Positions 1 to 8,210 of a stretch of 64,000 nt of DNA are shown here, in pieces (position 1 is the stretch's first letter; every line of letters begins with the position of its first letter). This stretch comes from an uncultured bacterium (GTDB lineage: Bacteria; Fidelibacterota; Marinisomatia; Marinisomatales; Marinisomataceae): NCBI GenBank assembly GCA_943788675.1, contig CALSRE010000002.1:73371-137370 (forward strand), read 5' to 3'. The notes under the pieces were generated by a model. It was not told the DNA's origin. It saw only the letters and a program-made list of their open reading frames with translations, and made no database searches. The position numbers were made by a program, and so were the translations under genes.

Positions 1-25
1 TTTTAAGATAAATAATGAAAATGTT

Positions 26-298
26 ATGAAAACAATAAAAATATTTTCATTTGCAAAATTTCAAGCAGTTCTTTTAGGGTGTTTAGGTTTCATCCCTGGA
101 ATATTATATTCATTTGGTGGGACTATCTATGATATTTTGACAACGGGTTCTGTCAATTTTGGAACGTTGCTTGCATACCTCGCTTTAATTATGATGCCAA
201 TTTATTTCGCAGTTTTTGGATTTATTCTAGGTATTCTTGAAGCTATCATATACAATTTATTTGCTAGAACATTGATTGATATTGATTTTTATGAATAA
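26..298 (+). CDS. small hydrophobic membrane protein, function unknown
   Basis: 90-aa ORF with hydrophobic stretches (AVLLGCLGFIPGILY; LLAYLALIMMPIYFAVFGFILGIL). No family motif recognised. Confidence 0.35.
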   Translation: MKTIKIFSFAKFQAVLLGCLGFIPGILYSFGGTIYDILTTGSVNFGTLLAYLALIMMPIYFAVFGFILGILEAIIYNLFARTLIDIDFYE

Positions 299-318
299 TA
301 AGAAACAATAAAGACGCC

Positions 319-355
319 TTACCCTATCCCACCTCTTTTCTTATAGGCTGAGAAT
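319..355. repeat. copy A of an imperfect ~38-nt C-rich/G-rich motif (ttaccctatcccacctc...aggctgagaat)
   Basis: Shares the blocks ttacccta / ccc / cct / agg / tgagaat, in the same order and orientation, with 1040-1078. Lies between two convergent small ORFs. Confidence 0.5.
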
Positions 356-357
356 GT

Positions 358-681
358 TTATTGGAAAAATTCCCAAACAGCACTATCTCCATCATAATAC
401 AATGTCACTTTTAATATGATATCTTTTAGATAAGTGGACTGACTATCAATATCTAAATCAATAACTCCTTTATACTCATTAGAAGATGTTTCAACTAATG
501 AGAAGTTAATGGATTGAATATCTTCAATTGGGAAATTGTAAAAATCCGCAATATCCTCAACAATATACTCTTCATAATATTGTGCAATCTCTGAAGAAGA
601 TAAAGGAGTAAAATAAAAGTAGACTTCCAAGATAAACCATGCTGAAAAAAATAAAATTAAAAATTTGCTATAATTGCTCAT
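358..681 (-). CDS. hypothetical protein with N-terminal membrane anchor
   Basis: 107-aa ORF. N-terminal hydrophobic segment FLILFFSAWFILEVYFYF followed by an acidic soluble part. No motif recognised. Confidence 0.4.
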   Translation of the reverse strand: MSNYSKFLILFFSAWFILEVYFYFTPLSSSEIAQYYEEYIVEDIADFYNFPIEDIQSINFSLVETSSNEYKGVIDLDIDSQSTYLKDIILKVTLYYDGDSAVWEFFQ

Positions 682-758
682 TAGAAAATATACAAAAAAT
701 TAGTTTAAATTGTATAAGAGAATTGTTCTTCCCCCTGTTATCCACAAGACTGAAACTA

Positions 759-965
759 TCATTTGCTTCTTTCCTTTTTCTTATCCATATCTTTAGTTAT
801 TCTTTCATTATAATCACCAAACTTGGATTTGATTGGATTTTTCTTTTCTTGTTCTCTCATTAGTTTTTCTCTTTTGACTAACTCATCTCTAAATTGAGTT
901 TCCGAATCTACCTCGTCTTTGTAATTCTCACTATCTCTTATAATTTCATTATATTTCTTACTCAT
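759..965 (-). CDS. small lysine/glutamate-rich hypothetical protein
   Basis: 68-aa ORF, highly charged. The overlapping plus-strand ORF 639-863 reads as the Phe/Leu-rich antisense shadow of this one. Confidence 0.3.
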   Translation of the reverse strand: MSKKYNEIIRDSENYKDEVDSETQFRDELVKREKLMREQEKKNPIKSKFGDYNERITKDMDKKKERSK

Positions 966-1039
966 ATTGTATCCAGTATAGTTTTAAGTTCTTAAAAATT
1001 ACAAAAAATTATTTTAGAATGTGTGTGTGAAATATACTA

Positions 1040-1078
1040 TTACCCTACCCCGCCTTGTTTTTGATTTAGGTTGAGAAT
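1040..1078. repeat. copy B of the imperfect ~38-nt motif (ttaccctaccccgcct...aggttgagaat)
   Basis: Conserved blocks shared with 319-355. Located about 75 nt upstream of the start of ORF 759-965 on the minus strand. Confidence 0.5.
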
Positions 1079-1109
1079 TTTGGTTGAGAATTTGTAGTCC
1101 ATTTGTAGT
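1069..1109. repeat. short tandem direct repeats (ggttgagaattt x2, then tttgtagt x2)
   Basis: ggttgagaattt occurs at 1069-1080 and 1082-1093. tttgtagt occurs at 1091-1098 and 1102-1109. The pattern looks like iterons. Confidence 0.55.
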
Positions 1110-1160
1110 ACCCTTTAATTGTCGTCTAATGTCGTTTTTATGGATAATCTATTGAATAAC

Positions 1161-1187
1161 AAAGGGCTACCGAAGTAGCCCTTTTTG
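1161..1187 (-). terminator. stem-loop with flanking T/A runs, probable (bidirectional) intrinsic terminator downstream of tRNA-Val
   Basis: aaagggctac-cgaa-gtagcccttt forms a perfect 10-bp stem. The minus strand gives a UUCG tetraloop followed by UUUGUUAUU. The plus strand gives a T5 run. Confidence 0.55.
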
Positions 1188-1215
1188 TCGTCGTCAATGA
1201 ACTTTATGTCTAATG

Positions 1216-1289
1216 TGGGCGATACTGGATTCGAACCAGTGACCCTCTGCGTGTCGAGCAGATACTCTAACCAACTGAGCTAATCGCCC
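1216..1289 (-). tRNA. tRNA-Val (anticodon GAC)
   Basis: Manual cloverleaf: acceptor GGGCGAT/ATCGCCC, D-arm GCTC-AGTTGGTTA-GAGT, anticodon stem TCTGC/GCAGA with loop TCGACAC, T-arm ACTGG-TTCGAAT-CCAGT, discriminator A. No encoded CCA. Position 33 reads C rather than U. Confidence 0.8.
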
Positions 1290-1307
1290 CAATTTTCAAA
1301 AATTAAA

Positions 1308-2174
1308 TTAACCTGTAACGTTTGAAATTAATTTATCAAACCATCTATCGGGTAATATACTTCTCATTGTCAAAAGTATCCAGCTATAAGCTCCTGCAGA
1401 ATACCTTGTTTTAGGATTTTTTGCATCAATGGCTTTATTGATCACTTTTGCAATAACAATTGGGTCTGAATAATCATCAAAACTATTATCTTCTGAATCG
1501 TCAGAATTATAGAAGTCTGCATAAACTGAATTTTTACTATATTTTTCAAAATATCTTGCAGAATAATTACCGATATTTGTTTTAATTAGACCTGGCTCAA
1601 TAATTACCACATCTATTCCAAATTGTTCAACTTCCAATCTAAGCACATCAGACCATCCTTCAAGAGCATGCTTAGATGACACATACCATCCATAAAGCGG
1701 ATTATATGCTTTACCTAGCACGGAGGAAATATTAATAATAGTCCCACTTCCCTGTGCGCGCATATGCGGTAAAGTTGCTTTAACTGTTCTACCAATACCA
1801 AATAAGTTTACTTCAAATTGATACAGCGCATCTTCCATAGAAACATCTTCTATAGCACTTCCAACAGCAATCCCAGCATTATTTACCAAAACATCTATTC
1901 TTCCTTGCTCTGCAATAACTTGATTGATAGCATTATCAACATGGTCTTGTTTTGTAACATCCATCACTAACGCTACTCCACCAATATCGTTGAGATATAA
2001 ATTCTCTTCAACTAAGATATCTCCGCCGTAAACAATATGCCCTTTTTCTATTAAGTATTGCGCGGTAGATTTTCCAATACCGTGAGCAGTACCAGTAATT
2101 AATACAACTTTTTGCTTATCAGTTGCAAAAACACTTCCAACTAACAACATTGATAAAATTAGTTTTTTAAACAT
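1308..2174 (-). CDS. short-chain dehydrogenase/reductase (classical SDR) with N-terminal signal/anchor
   Basis: 288 aa. Motifs TGTAHGIGK (TGxxxGIG), NNAG and the catalytic S...YVSSK (YxxxK). Hydrophobic N-terminus MFKKLILSMLLVGSVFA. Confidence 0.85.
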   Translation of the reverse strand: MFKKLILSMLLVGSVFATDKQKVVLITGTAHGIGKSTAQYLIEKGHIVYGGDILVEENLYLNDIGGVALVMDVTKQDHVDNAINQVIAEQGRIDVLVNNAGIAVGSAIEDVSMEDALYQFEVNLFGIGRTVKATLPHMRAQGSGTIINISSVLGKAYNPLYGWYVSSKHALEGWSDVLRLEVEQFGIDVVIIEPGLIKTNIGNYSARYFEKYSKNSVYADFYNSDDSEDNSFDDYSDPIVIAKVINKAIDAKNPKTRYSAGAYSWILLTMRSILPDRWFDKLISNVTG

Positions 2175-2194
2175 CTCTGTCTCCTTTTTTTAAA

Positions 2195-3061
2195 TCAGTT
2201 AATAAAAAGAATGAATCTATCAAACATTTTATCTGTCATAATTCTTCTTAAAAATATTCCCAGCTTACTATAAGCTCCAGCAGCATATCTTGTTTTTGGA
2301 TTACGGGCATTTATAGCTTTATTTATCACTTTTGCAATCACAATTGGTTCTGATTGATTTGAAAGTACTGAGTTTTCAGAATCTGTAACTGGCTCACCAT
2401 ACAAATGAACATAATCAGAGTCTTGTTTATATTTATCAAGATAGCTTCTAGAAACATTAAAAAAGTTAGTATTTATAGCTCCAGGCTGAACTATAACTAC
2501 ATCAATATCAAATTCCTTCAATTCTACTCTTAACGCATCTGACCAACCCTCTAAAGCATGCTTGGTGGATAAATACCACCCTGCTAAAGGACCATAGGTT
2601 TCTCCTAACACCGAACTGATGTTAATTATCGTTCCACTTTTTTGCTCTCTCATATGAGGCAGAACTGATTTTGTAACTCTAGCCACTCCAAACAAATTAA
2701 CATCGTATTGATAATATGCGTCCTCCATAGTGACTTCCTCAATAGCTCCATATATGCCTAAACCAGCATTATTAACTAGAACATCGATTCTTCCATGCTC
2801 ATTAATGATTTGCTGAACCGCTTGATCAATATGCTCTTGATTTGTGACATCCATTTCAAGTGCTACTCCACCAATATCATTTAAATATAAGTTCTCTTTA
2901 ACGAGAATATCTCCCCCATAAACAATATGACCTTTATCAATTAAGTATTCTGCAGTAGACTTTCCAATACCGAGCGCTGTTCCAGTAATTAAAATTACTT
3001 TGGGAGAATTCGCCATTAAAAAACCTAGAAACGAAAACACTATAAATATCTTTTTAAACAT
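2195..3061 (-). CDS. short-chain dehydrogenase/reductase, tandem paralogue of 1308-2174
   Basis: 288 aa, the same length as its neighbour. Motifs TGTALGIGK, NNAG and YLSTK. Long identical blocks are shared with the neighbour (KGHIVYGGDIL, NLYLNDIGGVAL, GRIDVLVNNAG, SGTIINISSVLG, PIVIAKVINKAI). Confidence 0.85.
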   Translation of the reverse strand: MFKKIFIVFSFLGFLMANSPKVILITGTALGIGKSTAEYLIDKGHIVYGGDILVKENLYLNDIGGVALEMDVTNQEHIDQAVQQIINEHGRIDVLVNNAGLGIYGAIEEVTMEDAYYQYDVNLFGVARVTKSVLPHMREQKSGTIINISSVLGETYGPLAGWYLSTKHALEGWSDALRVELKEFDIDVVIVQPGAINTNFFNVSRSYLDKYKQDSDYVHLYGEPVTDSENSVLSNQSEPIVIAKVINKAINARNPKTRYAAGAYSKLGIFLRRIMTDKMFDRFILFIN

Positions 3062-3136
3062 CAGTAACTCCTCTAATCATCTTTTGAATTAATAATAAAC
3101 CAAGCAAAAAATTGCATAACTTTATTTAGTATTTTT

Positions 3137-3508
3137 TCAAATATCTTTTGCATGCCAATAAGCTAAGCCAATAAAAAGATATTGAAAAGGCAATCTAGCC
3201 CATGCCAACTCCTTGCTAATACCCATCACTATACCATCTGATACAGCTAGGTATAAATTTGCTGGAAAAACTGTAATCATAATAAAAATAATTCCCCAAC
3301 CAGCTACAAAGCGAGTTCTTGGATTAATTAACATAAATCCAAATAATAGTTCAAAAAATCCACTTAAGTATACTGCCGCATAATGACTGGGAAACTGAGG
3401 AGGCATAATCTGCAAAAACCATTCTGGTTCAACAAAATGTTTTACTCCAACATTCATATAAAAACATGACATGATAAGAATTGTTATTAATTTTATTTTT
3501 GATGTCAT
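3137..3508 (-). CDS. small four-helix membrane protein (DoxX-like, weak)
   Basis: 123 aa with four hydrophobic segments. Overlaps the upstream ThDP-enzyme gene by 4 nt. The family assignment is by general resemblance only. Confidence 0.4.
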   Translation of the reverse strand: MTSKIKLITILIMSCFYMNVGVKHFVEPEWFLQIMPPQFPSHYAAVYLSGFFELLFGFMLINPRTRFVAGWGIIFIMITVFPANLYLAVSDGIVMGISKELAWARLPFQYLFIGLAYWHAKDI

Positions 3509-5235
3509 ACAGATATTGATCCTTTTCTAAAATCTGACTTTGAAAGCTTTACATTTACTAGAACGGGATATCCAAGCTTGGCATCTTCTTTCGCTTGCTT
3601 AAGGGTGTCAATTAAAGTATCCTGCTTTTCTACAAGATATCCTTTTCCTCCATAACCTTCGACAACTTTTTCATAAGAATTAAAAGCTAATTTTGTTCCA
3701 ATATTACTCCCTAGCATTTGCTTTTGTTCTCTAGCAATTTGCTGCCAAGATGCATCATTTCCAATAACAGCAATAACAGGAAGTTTATGTCTACAAAGAG
3801 TATCAAATTCAGCTAGACTGTAAGCACTAGCCCCATCTCCATATAGCACCCAAACCTCCTTATGTGGCAAAGAAGATTTTGCGCCAATGGCAAAACCGCC
3901 ACCAACGCCTAATGTTCCAAAAGGACCTGGGTCTAGCCATCCCAAAGCCTGCCTTGGCTTAATCGTATAAGACGCAGTACCAACAAAGTCTCCTCCATCT
4001 GCAACTAAAATACTTTCGTCGTCAATCAATTCATCAATCGATTTGCAGAGAAAAATAGGATTTACATTTTCAAATTTTTCTTCTGATAAAAGCTTAATTT
4101 CTTCTTCTCTTTCTTTTTCAAGAATCGTTAACTCATCTATCCAATCCTTGCAAGATGGCGCATTAATTATTTTTCCAATCTCATGCATAATTCTGGCTGG
4201 ATCACCATTAATCCCAATCTCTGGCTTTCTATTTTTTTTCAAATCATCTTTTGACTTATTTATTGCAATTAAGTCAGCCTCTTTATTAATTGAAAATCCA
4301 TAGCCCAATCTAAAATCTAATGGCACTCCCAAAGTAACAACAACATCTGCATTTTTAAGAGCATGTTTACGATTATGCTTAAAGAAAAAAGAATCTTCTT
4401 TTCCAAAACATCCTCTTGCCATTCCCGAAGTGAAAGTTGGAACATTTAACTTTTTAATACTTTTTAAAAACATTGATAAAAATTCCTTGTTTTGCGTGAC
4501 TTGATTACCAAGAACAAATACTGGTTTTTTTGCACGAACTATACTTAATGCTGCGCTATCAATTTTCTTTTGATTTAACTTAAAATCTTTCATTGGTTTT
4601 ACTTTGATTGAAGATTTTTTTGTTGAAAACAAGTCATCTAAATGTCTATTTACATACCAACTCATCAACTTTGCTAAAAGACCTGCTTTTGGAAGCTTAC
4701 TTATATGCTCTTTTCTAATATCATGTTCGGGATATAATAGATCTATTGGTAATTCAACGAATACGGGCCCAGGAACGCCTGAATTTGCAATATTAATGGC
4801 ATTTGCTAGTGTTGGTATCACATCTCTTGCTTTAGAAACGCTAATAGCTGATTTTACATATGTTTTAAGCAATGAAATTTGATCAATATCTTGAAGAGAT
4901 CCTCTTCCTTTTAAAAGAGTAGCTGCTGCTCCACCAATTAACAACAAAGGAGATTGGGCCATTTGGGCATTTTTAATTGCAGTTACTGTATTTGTAACTC
5001 CGGGTCCAGCTGTGACAACTGCAACGCCAATCGAATCAGTCAATCTTGATACTGCATCTGCAGCAAAAACTGAAGACACTTCATCTCTTACCTGAATAAC
5101 ATCAATATTTTCTTTTTCACACCCGACAAGAATTGGTGAAATATGTCCACCGCACAGTGTAAAAATTTTGGTTATATTTTTCTCCTTTAAGAACTTACCG
5201 ATATCTAGTCCAAGATGTCTCATTTCTGAGCTCAT
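3505..5235 (-). CDS. thiamine-diphosphate-dependent enzyme, acetolactate-synthase-like (ILVBL / 2-hydroxyacyl-CoA-lyase-like branch)
   Basis: 576 aa. Pyr-domain motif TAGPGVTNT. ThDP-binding motif [33 protein letters not shown]-terminal segment [17 protein letters not shown]...VFAADA. No small regulatory subunit lies adjacent. Confidence 0.8.
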   Translation of the reverse strand: MSSEMRHLGLDIGKFLKEKNITKIFTLCGGHISPILVGCEKENIDVIQVRDEVSSVFAADAVSRLTDSIGVAVVTAGPGVTNTVTAIKNAQMAQSPLLLIGGAAATLLKGRGSLQDIDQISLLKTYVKSAISVSKARDVIPTLANAINIANSGVPGPVFVELPIDLLYPEHDIRKEHISKLPKAGLLAKLMSWYVNRHLDDLFSTKKSSIKVKPMKDFKLNQKKIDSAALSIVRAKKPVFVLGNQVTQNKEFLSMFLKSIKKLNVPTFTSGMARGCFGKEDSFFFKHNRKHALKNADVVVTLGVPLDFRLGYGFSINKEADLIAINKSKDDLKKNRKPEIGINGDPARIMHEIGKIINAPSCKDWIDELTILEKEREEEIKLLSEEKFENVNPIFLCKSIDELIDDESILVADGGDFVGTASYTIKPRQALGWLDPGPFGTLGVGGGFAIGAKSSLPHKEVWVLYGDGASAYSLAEFDTLCRHKLPVIAVIGNDASWQQIAREQKQMLGSNIGTKLAFNSYEKVVEGYGGKGYLVEKQDTLIDTLKQAKEDAKLGYPVLVNVKLSKSDFRKGSISV

Positions 5236-5237
5236 AT

Positions 5238-6911
5238 CTAGTTATTGCTCAATGCAACTTCAGCTGATTCAGAATTAGATAGAATTGATAAATATTTTGA
5301 TTCGTCAGCGAAAAGCTCTAAAGCTTTTAAAACAACTTTGTCATCTTTTAAATATAGATTGTATCGGCCTTCATAACCATTGTAGTAAAATGCAAATTCA
5401 CCGTGAAGAACGCGCTGAATAAGCTTTTTTTCATCTTCGAACATGAGAGACTGTGTTTTTTGTATCTGCTTCTCAATCACGCTGAATGCGTTATTCATAA
5501 ACAGATTTTTTTCATCTTCATTGGCAAGTTTATCTTTAGCAAGTCTTAAATCTTCTTGTCCATCAACATAACCACTAATATCATTTTCAGTAACGAAAGT
5601 TTCAAATTTTAGCATCAAATCTGGGTCCGCTAAAACCTCATCTATTGATGTATATTTATCACTATTTTGTTGAACAAATTTAAAATATGCACCATTTCTT
5701 AAAATTGCAGCTGCTAAAGGATAAGATCCTTCATCTGTAACAACTATATCAGGGGAAATTCCTCCGCCGCCTTTCACAGTTCTTCCAGCTTTTGTTTGAA
5801 ATAAACTATCAGCAATAGCAGATGAGTTAGCAATTAGCTCATCATCAATAAACTCTCTTTTTTGTAACGATCTACCGCTTGGAATGTAATATTTAGAATT
5901 GGTAATTTTTAAAGCTGTATCTTGGTTGATACCAATCACAGTTTGAACCAAGCCTTTACCAAAAGATTGGCTTCCTAATACAACAGCCCTATCGTGATCT
6001 TGCAATACACCAGCAACAATCTCGCTAGCAGAAGCGCTACCACCATTAATAAGAACAGCTAAGTTAATACTTTCTGGTATAAGAGCATTATTTAACGTTT
6101 GGTAATTCTTGATGTTTTTTCCTTCTCTACCCTTTGTTGAAACAAGATCTAAATTTTTTGGTAGAATTAAATCTAATAAATCCAGCGATGATGATAATAA
6201 TCCTCCTGGATTATCTCTTAAATCTATAACAACGCTACCTGCACCTTCTTGCATTAAGCTGATTATCGCATCCTTGGTTTCAGTGGCAGTATTAATAGAA
6301 AAATTAGTAATTCTTAAATAGCCGACATTATCATCCACCATACCATAAAATGGGATATCTTTAATGGTAATAACATCTCTAACAATTGGATAATCTTGTA
6401 TTTCACCGGTTATTGGCTTTTTGATTGTTAAAATAACTTCTGTTCCAGCCTTACCTCTGATTTTACTTGTAGCATCTTTTAGCTCTAACCCTTCAGTTGC
6501 TACACCATCAATATTCATAATGGCATCACCAGTATATATTCCAGATCTAGAAGCAGGAGATCCCTCGATTGGGCTAACAACAGTCAATTGATCTTCATAC
6601 ATGTAAATCTCTAATCCTACACCGCTAAATTCACCTTCTGTTTTAACAGAAAGATCCTCAAGATCTTTTTGCTCATAATATTCTGTATAAGGATCAAAGT
6701 TTGAAAGCATTGAATCGATAATTCTAGTAGTAAGCTCCTGGACATCTAACTCATGAATATATTCAGTAAGAAGATATTTATATACTGTCATGATCTGTTG
6801 CTGTGATCGAGCAATTTCTCTATAAATATCCATTTGTTGACTTCGAACAAAGCCAAAAGAAATAACTGCTAATAAAAAGAATGCGTATAAAGAAGTTTTT
6901 AAAATCTTCAT
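5238..6911 (-). CDS. S41 family C-terminal processing peptidase with PDZ domain
   Basis: 557 aa with a signal peptide. PDZ-like segment GIYTGDAIMNIDG. Catalytic serine context NGGSASASEIVAG and lysine context SFGKGLVQT. Confidence 0.85.
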   Translation of the reverse strand: MKILKTSLYAFFLLAVISFGFVRSQQMDIYREIARSQQQIMTVYKYLLTEYIHELDVQELTTRIIDSMLSNFDPYTEYYEQKDLEDLSVKTEGEFSGVGLEIYMYEDQLTVVSPIEGSPASRSGIYTGDAIMNIDGVATEGLELKDATSKIRGKAGTEVILTIKKPITGEIQDYPIVRDVITIKDIPFYGMVDDNVGYLRITNFSINTATETKDAIISLMQEGAGSVVIDLRDNPGGLLSSSLDLLDLILPKNLDLVSTKGREGKNIKNYQTLNNALIPESINLAVLINGGSASASEIVAGVLQDHDRAVVLGSQSFGKGLVQTVIGINQDTALKITNSKYYIPSGRSLQKREFIDDELIANSSAIADSLFQTKAGRTVKGGGGISPDIVVTDEGSYPLAAAILRNGAYFKFVQQNSDKYTSIDEVLADPDLMLKFETFVTENDISGYVDGQEDLRLAKDKLANEDEKNLFMNNAFSVIEKQIQKTQSLMFEDEKKLIQRVLHGEFAFYYNGYEGRYNLYLKDDKVVLKALELFADESKYLSILSNSESAEVALSNN

Positions 6912-7537
6912 ATTTTAAATTTTTCCTTCATATGAGTCCAAATATCAGCTTTAATTTCATCAATAGATTTATCTCCATTTATAACGACAACCCTATCGGA
7001 ATCTTTTTCGCTGAGTTTTAAGTATTGATCTCTTACTCTTTGCTGAAAATCATTTCCCTCTTTCTCAATTCTATCTCTTTCTACTCGCATTCTAGAATTT
7101 GCAATATCAACAGATATATCTATAAAAAAAGTTAGGTCAGGCTTTAATGTATAAGTACCAAATTCATTAATCATATCTAATGAATTTACGCTCAATCCCC
7201 TTCCTCCGCCTTGATAGGCCAAAGTCGAATCAGCATACCTATCCGCAACAACCCATTTTCCATCTATAATCTGAGGAAGAATAACCTTGTCTGTAAGTTG
7301 AGCTCTGCTTGCAATCATAAGCAATGCTTCTGCTCTGTCAGACATAGATTCTTCAGCATGAAGCAATAATTTCCTGATAGATTCAGAAATAGGATCTCCG
7401 CCGGGCTCTCTAACAAGCTTTGCAGATAAACCCGCTTCTACTAATCCATCAATAATAAATTCAGCTTGGGTTGTTTTTCCGCAACCATCAATTCCTTCAA
7501 CAGTTATAAACTTTCCGCTAGAAATGGATTCTGTCAT
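6908..7537 (-). CDS. tmk: thymidylate kinase
   Basis: 209 aa. P-loop FITVEGIDGCGKTTQ and the DRY motif (VADRYADST). Confidence 0.9.
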   Translation of the reverse strand: MTESISSGKFITVEGIDGCGKTTQAEFIIDGLVEAGLSAKLVREPGGDPISESIRKLLLHAEESMSDRAEALLMIASRAQLTDKVILPQIIDGKWVVADRYADSTLAYQGGGRGLSVNSLDMINEFGTYTLKPDLTFFIDISVDIANSRMRVERDRIEKEGNDFQQRVRDQYLKLSEKDSDRVVVINGDKSIDEIKADIWTHMKEKFKI

Positions 7538-8210
7538 CTTTTTTTCCTATCATTATTACAATTTCACCTTTTACTTTTGATTTAGAAAAATACTCAAGTA
7601 CTTTTGATAAATTACCTCTAATAATTTCTTCATACAACTTAGTTAATTCTCTTCCAACAACGACAGAACGATCTCCTAGACTCTCTAGTAATTGTGTTAA
7701 TGTTTTTACCAGCCTATAAGGGCTTTCGAATAAAATAATTGTATTATCTATATGAGATAAGTCTTGAATTTTTTTTAATCTTCCTTTTTTTTGAGGAAGA
7801 AAGCCATGGAAAGTAAATGAATCTGAAGGTAGTCCAGAAGCGCTCATTGCTGCAGTAATTGCTGATACTCCTGGAATTGGAATGATTCTTATTTCATGCT
7901 TTATACACTCTCTTATAAGACCGTATCCAGGGTCGCTTATGGTTGGAGTTCCTGCATCTGAAATTAACGCTAAGTCACTTCCTTCTAAAAGCAGATCAAC
8001 TATTTTTTGAGATTCTTTCTCGCTACTATGCTCATGGTAACTCATCATTCTTGTTTGAATACCATGCGCAGAAAGTAATTTTTTTGAATTTCTAGTATCC
8101 TCAGCTAATATGATATTTACATCTTTAAGCGTAGAAATAGCACGCAAAGTTATATCTTCAAGATTGCCAATTGGAGTTCCAACGACAAATAAATGGCCTT
8201 TGTCAGACAT
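7518..8210 (-). CDS. rsmI: 16S rRNA (cytidine1402-2'-O)-methyltransferase
   Basis: 230 aa. N-terminus LFVVGTPIGNLEDITLRAISTLKDVNIILAEDTR is typical of RsmI tetrapyrrole-methylase-fold enzymes. Confidence 0.85.
   Translation of the reverse strand: MSDKGHLFVVGTPIGNLEDITLRAISTLKDVNIILAEDTRNSKKLLSAHGIQTRMMSYHEHSSEKESQKIVDLLLEGSDLALISDAGTPTISDPGYGLIRECIKHEIRIIPIPGVSAITAAMSASGLPSDSFTFHGFLPQKKGRLKKIQDLSHIDNTIILFESPYRLVKTLTQLLESLGDRSVVVGRELTKLYEEIIRGNLSKVLEYFSKSKVKGEIVIMIGKKDDRIHF

Noticed and set aside
639-863. 74-aa plus-strand hydrophobic ORF
   Set aside because: Its Phe/Leu-rich sequence is the complement of the Lys/Glu-rich ORF 759-965. Neither is strongly supported, and the minus-strand ORF is the less artefactual.
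1021-1030. Short (GT)n run
   Set aside because: With only about five units it is too short to call a microsatellite of any significance.
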